Shown piece by piece: positions 9,427 through 19,151 of a stretch of 64,000 nt of DNA. The notes beneath the pieces were generated by a model. That model was not told where the DNA came from. It worked only from the letters and a program-made list of their open reading frames with translations, and searched no databases. The DNA lies in contig OZ243972.1 of NCBI GenBank assembly GCA_965214705.1, forward strand, positions 2,432,001-2,496,000, written 5' to 3'. Numbering within the stretch: position 1 is the stretch's first letter; each line of letters starts with the position of its first letter. The DNA comes from Alphaproteobacteria bacterium. GTDB lineage: Bacteria > Pseudomonadota > Alphaproteobacteria > UBA828. A program made the translations under genes and the position numbers.

Positions 9427-9448
9427 CCCTTTCTCCGCGTGCGGGTCG

Positions 9449-10744
9449 CTAGGCGGCGAGCCGGGCGATCGCGGCAGCGAGCACCGCGGCGCCCGCGCCG
9501 AAGTCCTCGAGCGTCATGGCCTCGTCCGGGTTGTGGCTGCCGTGGGCGTTGCGCACCAGCACCATGGCGGCCGGAATCCCTGCGCGCTGAAAGACCGCGG
9601 CATCGTGGCCCACGGTGGCGAAGCTGCGCGTCGGTATCTCGATTGCTGCGGCCGCCTCTTCCAGCACAGAGCGAAGACCCGCGTCCAGCGGCGCCGGCGG
9701 GGCGCCGACGCACTCGCCGAGATCGAACGTGACCCGGCGGCGCGCGGCGATCTCGGCCGCGCGGGTCTCGACCTCGGCCCGGCACGCATCGAGAAAGCCC
9801 TGGCTCGTGCCGCCGAAGTTGAGGGTGAAGTCGCAGCGGCCGGGAACCTTCGTCATGGCGTGGTGGGCGCCGTCGGTGAAGAGCTTGCCCACGGTAAACA
9901 CCGTGTCGGCCTCGCCGCTCTTCTCCTGCGCGATCCAGAACGCCTCCAGCCCGTGCACGAGCTCGCTCACGGCCAGCACCGTGTCCTGCCGGTGGTCGCG
10001 CGGCGTGGCGCCGGAATGGTCGTAGCGGCCGTGGCAGGTTGCGCCCGGCCAGCGCACGTTGCCGCGAATGACGGTGGGCACCGCCACCTGCGCGCCCTCC
10101 GCCACCAGTACCGGACCCTGCTCGATGTGAAGCTCCAGGAAGGCGCGCGCGTTGGCGGGCGTGAGCCGGGGCGCATCCTCGCAGCGGAGCGCGTCCGCAT
10201 CGAGGCCGAGCGCCGCCATGTGCTCCGCCAGCGTCCGCCCGGTGTCCGAGCGCTTCAGCGTGTCGAGATGATCGTGGGAGAGCGAGCCCAGCGCGAGACG
10301 CGCGCCGATGAACGGGATACCGAACCACACACTCTCCTCCGCGCGCGTGGCGATGGCGGTCACGTCGCTGTTCGGCTGCCAGCCCATATCGCGGAACGCG
10401 GCGAGCACGATGAGCCCGGCCACCGCGCCCGCGAGCCCGTCGTAGTGCCCGCCGGTCGGCACGGAATCGGTGTGCGAGCCGGTCAGCACGGCGGGCGCGC
10501 TCCGGTCGCGGCCCTGCAGCGTGCAGTAGAGGTTGCCCGCGTGGTCGTAGGCGGTCTCCAGCCCGAGCGTGCCGGCGGCATTGGCAAGCCACTCGCTGGC
10601 GAAGTGATCCTCCGCGCTCCAGGCGGGACGGGTCACGCCGGCTTGCGCCGCGCTCGCCGCCCGGATCTCGTCGAAGAGCGATTCGGCCAGCGGCAGCCGG
10701 GCCTCCACCGCGGTGCGCAACCCGCGCCCGTCGACCGCACTCAC
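9449..10744 (-). CDS. M20 family hydantoinase/carbamoylase-type amidase (N-carbamoyl-amino acid/allantoate amidohydrolase-like)
   Basis: GSHTDSVPTGGHYDG, AEE, LELHIEQGPVL, HSGATP, GHDA and SHNPDE motifs; GTG start overlaps the upstream TGA. Confidence 0.85.
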   Translation of the reverse strand: MSAVDGRGLRTAVEARLPLAESLFDEIRAASAAQAGVTRPAWSAEDHFASEWLANAAGTLGLETAYDHAGNLYCTLQGRDRSAPAVLTGSHTDSVPTGGHYDGLAGAVAGLIVLAAFRDMGWQPNSDVTAIATRAEESVWFGIPFIGARLALGSLSHDHLDTLKRSDTGRTLAEHMAALGLDADALRCEDAPRLTPANARAFLELHIEQGPVLVAEGAQVAVPTVIRGNVRWPGATCHGRYDHSGATPRDHRQDTVLAVSELVHGLEAFWIAQEKSGEADTVFTVGKLFTDGAHHAMTKVPGRCDFTLNFGGTSQGFLDACRAEVETRAAEIAARRRVTFDLGECVGAPPAPLDAGLRSVLEEAAAAIEIPTRSFATVGHDAAVFQRAGIPAAMVLVRNAHGSHNPDEAMTLEDFGAGAAVLAAAIARLAA

Positions 10745-11742
10745 GGCGCGAAGACCTCCAGGATCTCGTCGTAGTTGCGGCTGAGCGGAATCAGGATGAG
10801 CTGATCGAGTCCGGTGTCGAGCCAGCGTTGCGCACTGGCCACGCATTGGTCCGGGGTGCCGTGGGCGATCAGCTCGCCCACCAGCGCATCGTCGACCAGC
10901 GCCATGGCGTCCTCGATGCCGCCGGGACGGGGCGGCCAGCCGCCCATCACCTCCTTGATTTCGGCGAGCCGGTCCTCCGGGTACTCCCAGGCCTTGGCGA
11001 AGTGCGGCTGCTGGCCGAGGTACTGGGTCACCACCCGCTTGGCGTCGTAGAGCGCCTTCTCGCGATCTGCGTCCATCGAGATGTTGACGAGCTGCAGTTT
11101 CTCCACGTCGGCGAGCGTGCGGCCCGCGTGCGCCGCGCCTGCGGCGATGCGCTCCAGCGAGCGGCGGGTGTAGGCCGGCGGGAGGATGCCGTTGATCAGC
11201 GCGCCGTCCGCGATTTCGCCGGAGAGCTCCATCATGCGCGGCCCCGTCGGGCCGATGAAGATCCTGACCGCCGGCGGCACGCGCGCATCGCCGTGGCCGA
11301 GATCGAGGGTGAGGTCTCGCACCGTCACCAGCTCGCCCTCATGCGTGACGCCGCCTTCGAGCGCGAGCAGCCGGCGCAGGACGCCCACGTATTCGCGCAT
11401 CTGGGTGAGCGGCTTGCGGCGATCGATGCCCTGCTTCCAGGCGAGCGGGTCCCAGTAGGCGCCGAGGCCGAGGTTCATCCGCCCCGGTGCGAGGTTGTCG
11501 AGCGTGGCGAAGGTCATGGCCATCAGCGCCGGACCGCGGGTCCAGCTATTGACGATGCAGGAGCCGAGCCGCACCCGCTCGGTAGTGGCGGCCATGGCGC
11601 CCAGCACCGAGACCGCGTCACGCGCGAGCCTGGTCTCGGTGACCCAGAGGGAATCGTAGCCCAATGCCTCGGCCTTGGCGGCGAGCCTCAGTTGCTCGCG
11701 CACCCCCGGACGGTCGAGGAAGCCGAAGCCGACCTTGCTCAT
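10741..11742 (-). CDS. LLM-class (Mer-like, flavin or F420-dependent) oxidoreductase
   Basis: GYDSLWVTE, TERVRLGSCIVN, TLDNLAPGRMNLGLG and GPRMMELSGEIADG motifs. Confidence 0.85.
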   Translation of the reverse strand: MSKVGFGFLDRPGVREQLRLAAKAEALGYDSLWVTETRLARDAVSVLGAMAATTERVRLGSCIVNSWTRGPALMAMTFATLDNLAPGRMNLGLGAYWDPLAWKQGIDRRKPLTQMREYVGVLRRLLALEGGVTHEGELVTVRDLTLDLGHGDARVPPAVRIFIGPTGPRMMELSGEIADGALINGILPPAYTRRSLERIAAGAAHAGRTLADVEKLQLVNISMDADREKALYDAKRVVTQYLGQQPHFAKAWEYPEDRLAEIKEVMGGWPPRPGGIEDAMALVDDALVGELIAHGTPDQCVASAQRWLDTGLDQLILIPLSRNYDEILEVFAP

Positions 11743-11786
11743 GCGCACCTCATGCGTGTCTCATCGCGGCCTGCCTGCCGCGCTCG

Positions 11787-12008
11787 TCAGCTGCGCGCCT
11801 GGACCATGGTGCAGGCGATGAGCTCCTCGCCGAGCGCCTTGCACGCTTCGAGCCGGTGCAGGCCCTCCACCAGCACGTAGCGCGCGCCGTCCTGGCGCAC
11901 GAGGATCGGCACCTTCAGCCCGTCCTCCAGAATGCTCTCGGCGAGCGTGTCCACCGTCGCCTGCTTGAGCGTGCGGCGGCGCTTGGCTGGCACGTAGATG
12001 TCGGCCAC
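11787..12008 (-). CDS. Small stand-alone ParB N-terminal/sulfiredoxin-like domain protein (start may extend to 12038)
   Basis: LAESILEDGLKVPILV and YVLVEGLHRLEACKALG ParB-N signature. Confidence 0.75.
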   Translation of the reverse strand: MADIYVPAKRRRTLKQATVDTLAESILEDGLKVPILVRQDGARYVLVEGLHRLEACKALGEELIACTMVQARS

Positions 12009-12241
12009 CGCGAGGTCCTTGTTCTCCAGTAGCGGCGTCGTTTCCTCCCTGCTCCGGCGGCGGTTTCCCCCGCACGCTCCGGCGTTCCGTTGCGTGCCGG
12101 ATCGACTCTCGCAAAGGCTCCCGGCGCGCGCAATATCGGCTCGTGCGTCGGGTTGTCAGGAAGGGCGTGGGCCGACACTCTGCGCCCAAAGGCGAGGGGC
12201 GCAGGGCTGCGTTCCCCTCGCATCTGGAGATCGCGGACGCC

Positions 12242-13360
12242 ATGACGGCAGACACCATCGAGATTCGCGCCGCGGTCTGCCGCGCCTTCGGCGAGCCGCT
12301 CTCCATCGAGACGCTGCGGCTCGCGCCGCCCCAGGGCAGCGAGATCCGGGTCAAGGTGCGCGCCAGCTCGATATGCCATTCGGACATCACCTACATGGAC
12401 GGCGGCTGGGGCGGGGAAGACGCACTGCCGGCCGTGTTCGGGCACGAGCTGGCAGGCGTGGTCACCGGCCTCGGCCCCGCCGTGCCGCCGGGCGGTATCG
12501 GCGCGGGCGACCGCGTGCTCGTCTCGCTGCTGCGCTCGTGCGGGCGCTGCGCATACTGCGAAGCCGGAAGCCCGGCCCAGTGCACGGCCGAATACGCCAT
12601 CGACTCCACCCCGCGGCTCGCCGACGAGCAGGGTCAGCCGGTGCGGGCCGGGCTCCGGGTCGGCGGCTTCGCCGAGAGCGTGGTGGTGGATGTCTCGCAG
12701 GCCGTGACGCTGCCGGCGCATGTGGCCGACGAAGTCGCCAGCCTGCTCTCCTGCGGCGTGCTCACCGGCTTCGGTGCGGCCGTCAACACCGCGAGGGTGC
12801 GGGTGGGCGATGCGGTGGCGGTGGTCGGCTGCGGCGGCGTCGGGCTCAACTGCGTCCAGGGCGCGGCGCTCGCCGGTGCGCTCCCGCTCGTCGCCATCGA
12901 CGTGACCGAGGGCAAGCTGGAGCACGCGCGGGCCTTCGGGGCGACGGATGCGATCGACGCCAAGGACGAGCAGGCCACCGCGAAGGCGCTGGCGTTGACC
13001 GAGGAACGCGGCTTCGACGTGGTCATGACGGCGGTGGGAAGTGCTCGGGCGATCGAGCAGGCGCTGCCGCTGCTCGCGCCGGAGGGCGCGCTGGTCGTGG
13101 TGGGAATGCCGCCCTACGACGAGCGGGTCAGCCTGAACGCCACCGACCTCTCGCACTTCGGGCAGCGCATTCTGGGTTGCAAGATGGGCAACGCCAGGCT
13201 CCGCGTTGACGTGCCGAAGCTGTTTCGCCTCTACCGGAGCGGCCGGCTCAGGCTCGACGAGCTGATCGCCTCGCGCAGACCGCTGGAGGAGATCGACGAA
13301 GCTCTCGCGCTTGCGCGGCGCTCCCACCACCTGCGCCACGTCATCGTCTTCCCCAAGTGA
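12242..13360 (+). CDS. Zn-dependent alcohol dehydrogenase
   Basis: ICHSD, GHE, CGRCAYC structural zinc motif, and GCGGVG nucleotide-binding motif. Confidence 0.9.
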   Translation: MTADTIEIRAAVCRAFGEPLSIETLRLAPPQGSEIRVKVRASSICHSDITYMDGGWGGEDALPAVFGHELAGVVTGLGPAVPPGGIGAGDRVLVSLLRSCGRCAYCEAGSPAQCTAEYAIDSTPRLADEQGQPVRAGLRVGGFAESVVVDVSQAVTLPAHVADEVASLLSCGVLTGFGAAVNTARVRVGDAVAVVGCGGVGLNCVQGAALAGALPLVAIDVTEGKLEHARAFGATDAIDAKDEQATAKALALTEERGFDVVMTAVGSARAIEQALPLLAPEGALVVVGMPPYDERVSLNATDLSHFGQRILGCKMGNARLRVDVPKLFRLYRSGRLRLDELIASRRPLEEIDEALALARRSHHLRHVIVFPK

Positions 13361-13378
13361 ACCCGTACGAGCCGGCCG

Positions 13379-14485
13379 ATGAGAATCCAGAAGATCGAGA
13401 CATTCTGCACCCGCGAGGTCGGGCTCACGCGCGTTACTACGGACGACAGCGCAGAGGGCTGGGGCCAGGTCTCGACCTACCACGCCGACATCTCCGCGAC
13501 CGTGCTTCACCGGCAGGTCGCGCCCTGGGCGCTCGGCCAGGACGTCTCGGCGCTCGACGGACTGGGGGACCTGCTCGATCTGATCTGCGAGCGCGAGCAC
13601 AAGTTTCCGGGCTCCCACCTGTGCCGGGCGCTGGGCGGCCTCGATACCGCGATCTGGGACCTCCACGGCAAGCTCCAGGGCAAGAGCGTCTGCGCGCTCC
13701 TGGGCGGCACCCCGCGCCCGCTTCGCGTCTACGCCTCCAGCATGCAGCGGGAGATCACGCCGGAGGCGGAGGCCGAGCGCTTCCTGAGACTGCGTGAGCG
13801 CCACGGCTACGATGCCTTCAAGTTCCGCGTGGGCGCGGAGTGCGGCCGCGGGCGGGACCAATGGCCCGGCCGCTCCGAGGCGATCGTGCGGCAGGTTCGC
13901 CGCGCGCTCGGCGACGATGTCGCGCTGCTGGTCGACGCGAACAGCTGCTACGCGCCGGCGCAGGCCATCGCGCTCGGCAGTGTCCTGGAAGAGAACGGGG
14001 TTTGCCACTTCGAGGAGCCCTGCCCCTACTGGAAGCCGGACTGGACGCGCCAGGTGAAGGAGGCGCTCGATCTGGACGTGACCGGCGGCGAGCAGGACAA
14101 CAACCTCACGCTCTGGCAGTTCCTGATCGAGAGCCGAACCATGGACGTGGCCCAGCCCGACGTCTGCTACGTCGGCGGCGTCGACCGCTTCCTCCGCGTC
14201 GCGCGCATGGCGCAGGATGCCGGCATGCCGGTCACGCCCCACGCCGCCAACATGTCCCTGGTCACGATCTTCACCCTGCACCTGATGGGCGCGCTGGAGA
14301 ACGCAGGGCCCTACGTCGAGTTCTCCATCGAGGGCGCCGACTTCTATCCCTGGCAATACGGCATCTACGACGAAATGCCGGTCGCGAAGGACGGCAAGGT
14401 CGAGATTCCCGGCGGCCCCGGCTGGGGAATCACGGTCCGCCCGGAATGGCTGGAGAAATCAGTCCATCAGGCCAGTGAGATTTAG
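13379..14485 (+). CDS. Mandelate racemase/muconate lactonizing enzyme family protein
   Basis: DTAIWDLHGK, FKFR, LLVDAN, FEEP, GGEQ, QPD and PGWG enolase-superfamily motifs. Confidence 0.9.
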   Translation: MRIQKIETFCTREVGLTRVTTDDSAEGWGQVSTYHADISATVLHRQVAPWALGQDVSALDGLGDLLDLICEREHKFPGSHLCRALGGLDTAIWDLHGKLQGKSVCALLGGTPRPLRVYASSMQREITPEAEAERFLRLRERHGYDAFKFRVGAECGRGRDQWPGRSEAIVRQVRRALGDDVALLVDANSCYAPAQAIALGSVLEENGVCHFEEPCPYWKPDWTRQVKEALDLDVTGGEQDNNLTLWQFLIESRTMDVAQPDVCYVGGVDRFLRVARMAQDAGMPVTPHAANMSLVTIFTLHLMGALENAGPYVEFSIEGADFYPWQYGIYDEMPVAKDGKVEIPGGPGWGITVRPEWLEKSVHQASEI

Positions 14486-14597
14486 ACCCTAAGCCTCCAC
14501 CGCCGGGTTCGGCCATGGCAAGCCGTGGACGGGTGCCGACCGGCGCGGCATGATAAGCGCAAGGGATGAGGGCTCTCGACCCTCCAGGGAGGCGACG

Positions 14598-16010
14598 ATG
14601 ACTGCGACCGTGATTCGGAACGGGCGGATCGTTACGGCGGTGGACGACTACACGGCCGACATCCTGATGGAGGACGGCCGGGTCCGCATGATCGGCACGG
14701 ACTTGCCCGTCGGCGACGGGATTCCGGAGCACGATGCGGCAGGGCTGCTCGTGCTGCCCGGCGGCGTCGACGTGCACACGCACCTCGACTGGGATTTCGG
14801 GCCGGCGCGGACGGCGGACACCTTCTACACCGGCTCCCAGGCCGCGGCCTTCGGCGGCACCACCACGGTCGTGGACTTCGCCGCCCAGGTGAAGGGGACG
14901 AGCCCGCTCGCCGGTCTTGCCGACTGGCACGAGCGCGCCTCGGTCGCCGCCGTCGATATGGGCGCGCACATGATCATCACCGAGGTGAACGACCAGACGC
15001 TGGTCGACATGAAGAGCCTGATCCACGACGAGGGCGTCAGCACCTTCAAGCTCTTCACCGCCTATCCCGACGTGCTGATGATCGACGACGGCCAAATCTT
15101 CAAGACGATGCGCCAGGTCGGCGCTCACGGCGGCATGGTGCAGATCCACGCCGAGAACGGCCATGTCATCGACGTGCTGGTGCAGGAGGCGCTCGACGCC
15201 GGCAACACCAGCCCCAAGTGGCACATGCTGACCCGCCCGACCCTGATGGAGGGCGAGGCCACCCACCGGGTCATCCGCATTGCCGAGCTTGCCGAGGCGC
15301 CGGTCTATATCGTGCACCTCTCGGCGGGCGAGGCGCTCGACGCGGTGACGGAGGCGCGCGATCGTGGCCTCCCGGTCCATGCCGAGACCTGCCCGCACTA
15401 TCTCTTCCTCACGGACGAGGAGTACGAGCGGCCGGGTTTCGAGGCCGCGAAGTTCGTGATGACGCCGCCGCTCCGGGGCGCTGCGCATCAGCATGCGCTC
15501 TGGCGCGGGCTGAAGACCGACGACCTCCAGGTCATCGCCACCGACCATTGCCCCTTCTGCTTCAGTGAGAACGTGCTGGGCCTGCGGCTCTCGAAGGAGC
15601 TCGGCCGCGACGACTTCAGCAAGATCCCGAACGGCGCGCCGGGGCTCGAGACCCGCATGCCGCTGGTCTACGACGGCGGCGTGCGGCGCAACGGCATGTC
15701 GCTCAACCGCTACGTCGAGCTGACGGCGACCGCGCCGGCGAAGCTCTTCGGCCTGTTCCCGCGCAAGGGCACGATCGCCGTGGGCTCCGACGCCGACATC
15801 GTGCTGTTCGACCCGGACGAGCAGTGGACCGTCCGCGCCGCCGAGCATCACAGCCGGGTGGAGTACTCGCTCTTCGAGGGCCGCGAGGTCACCGGCCGGG
15901 TGAGCAAGGTGTTCCTGCGCGGCGAGTTGATCGTCGACGGCCGCGAGTGGCTCGGCCGCGAGGGCGGCGGGCAGTTCCTCAAGCGCGGCCAGGCGGGGAA
16001 GGCGAAGTAA
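14598..16010 (+). CDS. hydA: Dihydropyrimidinase (D-hydantoinase)
   Basis: PGGVDVHTH, AAAFGGTTT, FKLF, HAENG, YIVHLS, ETCPHYL, TDHCPF and KIPNG motifs. Confidence 0.9.
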   Translation: MTATVIRNGRIVTAVDDYTADILMEDGRVRMIGTDLPVGDGIPEHDAAGLLVLPGGVDVHTHLDWDFGPARTADTFYTGSQAAAFGGTTTVVDFAAQVKGTSPLAGLADWHERASVAAVDMGAHMIITEVNDQTLVDMKSLIHDEGVSTFKLFTAYPDVLMIDDGQIFKTMRQVGAHGGMVQIHAENGHVIDVLVQEALDAGNTSPKWHMLTRPTLMEGEATHRVIRIAELAEAPVYIVHLSAGEALDAVTEARDRGLPVHAETCPHYLFLTDEEYERPGFEAAKFVMTPPLRGAAHQHALWRGLKTDDLQVIATDHCPFCFSENVLGLRLSKELGRDDFSKIPNGAPGLETRMPLVYDGGVRRNGMSLNRYVELTATAPAKLFGLFPRKGTIAVGSDADIVLFDPDEQWTVRAAEHHSRVEYSLFEGREVTGRVSKVFLRGELIVDGREWLGREGGGQFLKRGQAGKAK

Positions 16011-16195
16011 GCTTTACGGCACCAGCACCATCTTGCCGAAGACCTCGCGCTCGGCAGTACGCCGAGCCGCTTCCTGGATGTCGGCGAGGGGGTAGACGGT
16101 ATCGATCACCGGCGCGAGCCGGCCCTCCGCCATCAGCGCGAAAACCCGCGCAAGCTCGCGGCGGCCGCAAAAATGGCTGCCGTGAATGGTCATGT

Positions 16196-18291
16196 CCCAT
16201 CTTTGCCACTTTTCGGTCCCGAAGGCCTGATTTTGGGTAGCCTTTGGGATCTAAGGCACTGATTTTGTTGGATTGTGTTTTGGGAAGTCCATTGTAGTGC
16301 CATAATCTTTGGTCTGTGGGCCGGCGCTCCTTGACAGTCCGCAAACTGTCCGTGACCCTGCCGCCATGTTCATTCGCAAAACCCTCACCGGTCGCGGAGA
16401 CGGTGGCGAGCGCTATGCCACCTACCGCCTCGTGCGCAGCGAACGCATCGGCGGAAGGGTGCGCCAGGTCACGCTCCTCAATCTCGGCGCCGACTTCGGT
16501 GTGCCCGAGGAGCAATGGCGCGAATTGGCGCTTCTGATCGAAACCCTTCTCGCCGGCAGCGAGCCGCTGCTGGAGCCGGATGCCGCCTTGCGCCCCGTCG
16601 CCGAGGACGTCGTACGGCGGCTTCACGCCCGCGATCTCGGCGCGTCGCGGCCCGGGGACGAGAGCGACCTGGCCACGGTCCGTCTCGATAGCCTCTCCCA
16701 CGAACAGGTCCGCTCGGTGGGCTGCGAGCGCCTGGCTCTCGCCGCGCTTGACGACCTTCGCTTCATCGAGACGCTGGAGAGGCTGGGCGCAAGTGAGCGC
16801 GACGCACGCATCGCGGCGGCACTGGTGGTCGCGCGCATGATCCATCCCTCCAGCGAGCGCGAGGCCTTCCGCTGGCTGAGCGCGAACAGCGCGACCCTGG
16901 AGTTGCTCGATGTCGACAGCGGCAAGTCGCTCACGCTCAGCAAGCTCTACCGCATCGGCGACCTCTTGTGGCGTCACCGCGCGGCGCTTGAAGAGGCGCT
17001 GTGCGCCCGGGAGCGCGATCTCTTCGGCATCCCCGACACCATCGTCTTCTTCGACCTGACCAACACCCATATGACCGGACGGCCCAGCTCCGCGCTGGCC
17101 CGCTTCGGGCGCTCGAAGCAGAGGCGTGACGATTGTCCGATCGTGACCCTGGCCCTGTCGCTGAACCAGGCCGGCTTTCCGCAGCACAGCGAGATCCTGC
17201 CCGGCAACATCTCCGAGCCGGCCACTCTCGCCGACGCCATCGGGCGGCTGGAATGCCAAGCGCGCGGCAGCAACGCCCCCAGGCCCACGGTCATCATGGA
17301 CGCCGGCATCTCCACCGAGGCCAACCTCGCCTGGCTGCGGGCGGGCGGCTATCACTGGATCACCGTTCGCCGCGGCGTCTCGGCGCCGCCCGGGCGCGAA
17401 GCCGATGCCGCCTTCGAAACCCGGGCCGGCCACGATGCCCGCGCCTGGCGTCTCGCGGCAGGGGACGACGAAGCGCACCTGTGCGTCTGGAGCCATGAGC
17501 GCCAGCAGAAGGACGAGGCCGTGCTCGCCCGTCAGCGTCACAACTTCGAGGACGCCCTGCGCGCCCTGCATGGCGGGCTGTCGAAGAAGAACCACATCAA
17601 GCAGTTCACCAAGGTGATGGAGAAGCTGGGCCGGCTGAAGGAAAGGTACAGGCGCGTCCACCGTCAGTACGACATCGAGGTCGAGCCCGGAGAGAAGGGG
17701 CGGGCCAGTGCGGTCCGCTGGAGGCGCAACGCTCTCCATGCCGAGCGCGACCGCCAAGCGGGCATCTATGTGCTGCGCACCAGCCACGTCGAGTGGGATC
17801 TTGAAACCGTGGTCCGAACCTACTGGAAGCTCACAGAGCTCGAGGCCACCTTCCGCAGCCTGAAATCCGAAATCGGCCTGCGCCCGGTCTGGCACTCCAA
17901 GACCTCGCGCATCGCCGCCCACCTGTTCATCGCCGTCCTCGCCTACCACGCGGTTCATCTGCTGCGAACCCGTCTGGCGGCGCACGGCTTGCATGACCGC
18001 TGGAGTACGATCCGCGACAAGCTCGCGGGCTGGGTGCGTCTCACCTCCACCATCCGGGAGGTGGACGGAAACCGCATCGTCATCCGCCAGGATGCTCAAC
18101 CCGACGCCGAGGCGCGCGTCATCGCGCAGGCGGCGGGCCTCACGGTGGATCCCCACAGGCGCCGGGCGGTGCTCCCGGGAGTGTCGCGATGAGCGCACAA
18201 ACGTAGTGCCATAATCCCAGATGGGCCAGAAAATCAGCCCATCATCGCAACTACTTAGGTCGCAGGCGCGCGCCAAAATGGCAAAGATGGG
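16196..18291 (+). mobile_element. IS1634-family insertion sequence
   Basis: Terminal IRs CCCATCTTTGCCACTTT and AAAATGGCAAAGATGGG (16/17 match); ATGT duplicated at 16192-16195 and 18292-18295; single DDE transposase. Confidence 0.9.
16366..18192 (+). CDS. IS1634 family DDE transposase
   Basis: MFIRK...YRLVRSER...VRQVTLLNLG N-terminus; FFDLTN, GRSKQRRDDC, PGNISE, VIMDAG, EATFRSLKSEIGLRPVWH and AHLFIAVLAY motifs. Confidence 0.9.
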   Translation: MFIRKTLTGRGDGGERYATYRLVRSERIGGRVRQVTLLNLGADFGVPEEQWRELALLIETLLAGSEPLLEPDAALRPVAEDVVRRLHARDLGASRPGDESDLATVRLDSLSHEQVRSVGCERLALAALDDLRFIETLERLGASERDARIAAALVVARMIHPSSEREAFRWLSANSATLELLDVDSGKSLTLSKLYRIGDLLWRHRAALEEALCARERDLFGIPDTIVFFDLTNTHMTGRPSSALARFGRSKQRRDDCPIVTLALSLNQAGFPQHSEILPGNISEPATLADAIGRLECQARGSNAPRPTVIMDAGISTEANLAWLRAGGYHWITVRRGVSAPPGREADAAFETRAGHDARAWRLAAGDDEAHLCVWSHERQQKDEAVLARQRHNFEDALRALHGGLSKKNHIKQFTKVMEKLGRLKERYRRVHRQYDIEVEPGEKGRASAVRWRRNALHAERDRQAGIYVLRTSHVEWDLETVVRTYWKLTELEATFRSLKSEIGLRPVWHSKTSRIAAHLFIAVLAYHAVHLLRTRLAAHGLHDRWSTIRDKLAGWVRLTSTIREVDGNRIVIRQDAQPDAEARVIAQAAGLTVDPHRRRAVLPGVSR

Positions 18292-19151
18292 ATGTGCTTG
18301 CGGAACAGCTCGATCACGTTGAGCGGCACTTCCTCGCCCGCGTGCGCTCCGCAGGTGACGAGGCGGCCGTTGAAGCAGACCGCGTCGATGCTCTGGCGCA
18401 GCACGTCGCCGCCCACGCTCTCGATCACGAGATCGACGCCGCGGCCGTCTGTGAGCCTGAGCGCCTCGTCGCGGATGCTCTGGCGGGTGTAGTCGATAGT
18501 CTCGGCGGCGCCGAGCGCGCGCGCCTTCTCCAGCTTGGCGGCGGAGCCCGCGCTTGCGATCACCCGCGCGCCGTGCAGTAACGCGACCTGGATCGCCGAC
18601 GAGCCGACCACGCTGCCGGCCGCGTTGACCAGCACCGTCTGCCCCGCCTGCACACGGCCGAGAGCGACCGTCATGTGCCAGGCGGTGCCGAGCCCGATCA
18701 TGCCGGCGGCGGCGGTCTCGAAGGAAAGCGCGTCCGGCAGCGGGATCACCGAAAGCGCGTGGGAGACGCAATACTCGGCGTGCGTCCCCCACTGGCCCGC
18801 GCCGATGCGTCCGTGGGTGAAGTCGACGCCGTCGAGCCCGCTCAGCCAGGGCTCGGAGAGCGGATCGCCTTGGGCGAAGTCGATGGCGACGCGGGTGCCG
18901 GGCGCGGGGCCCTCCACGCCGGGGCCGAGGGCCGCGATCTCGCCCACGCCTTCGCAGCCGGGCACGTGCGGCAGCGTCACCGGGATGCCGGAGATACCCT
19001 CGCGCACGTCGTGGTCCAGGTGGTTGATCCCGCTCGCGCGGATACGCACCAGGACCTCGCCCGGCCCCGGCTCGGGCGTCTCGATCTCCTCGTAGAGCAG
19101 GGTCTCGACGCCGCCGTGGGCGCGGATGACGACCGCCTTCACGGCGGGTCC

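Larger units (their letters stand above)
16014..19142 (-). pseudogene. Zinc-binding dehydrogenase/quinone oxidoreductase (MDR family) split by IS1634
   Basis: The 5' part (19142-18292) reads MKAVVI...LFRKH and the 3' part (16195-16014) reads MTIHGSHF...FGKMVLVP*. Removing the IS and one ATGT copy restores the frame FRKH-MTIHGSH. Confidence 0.9.
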
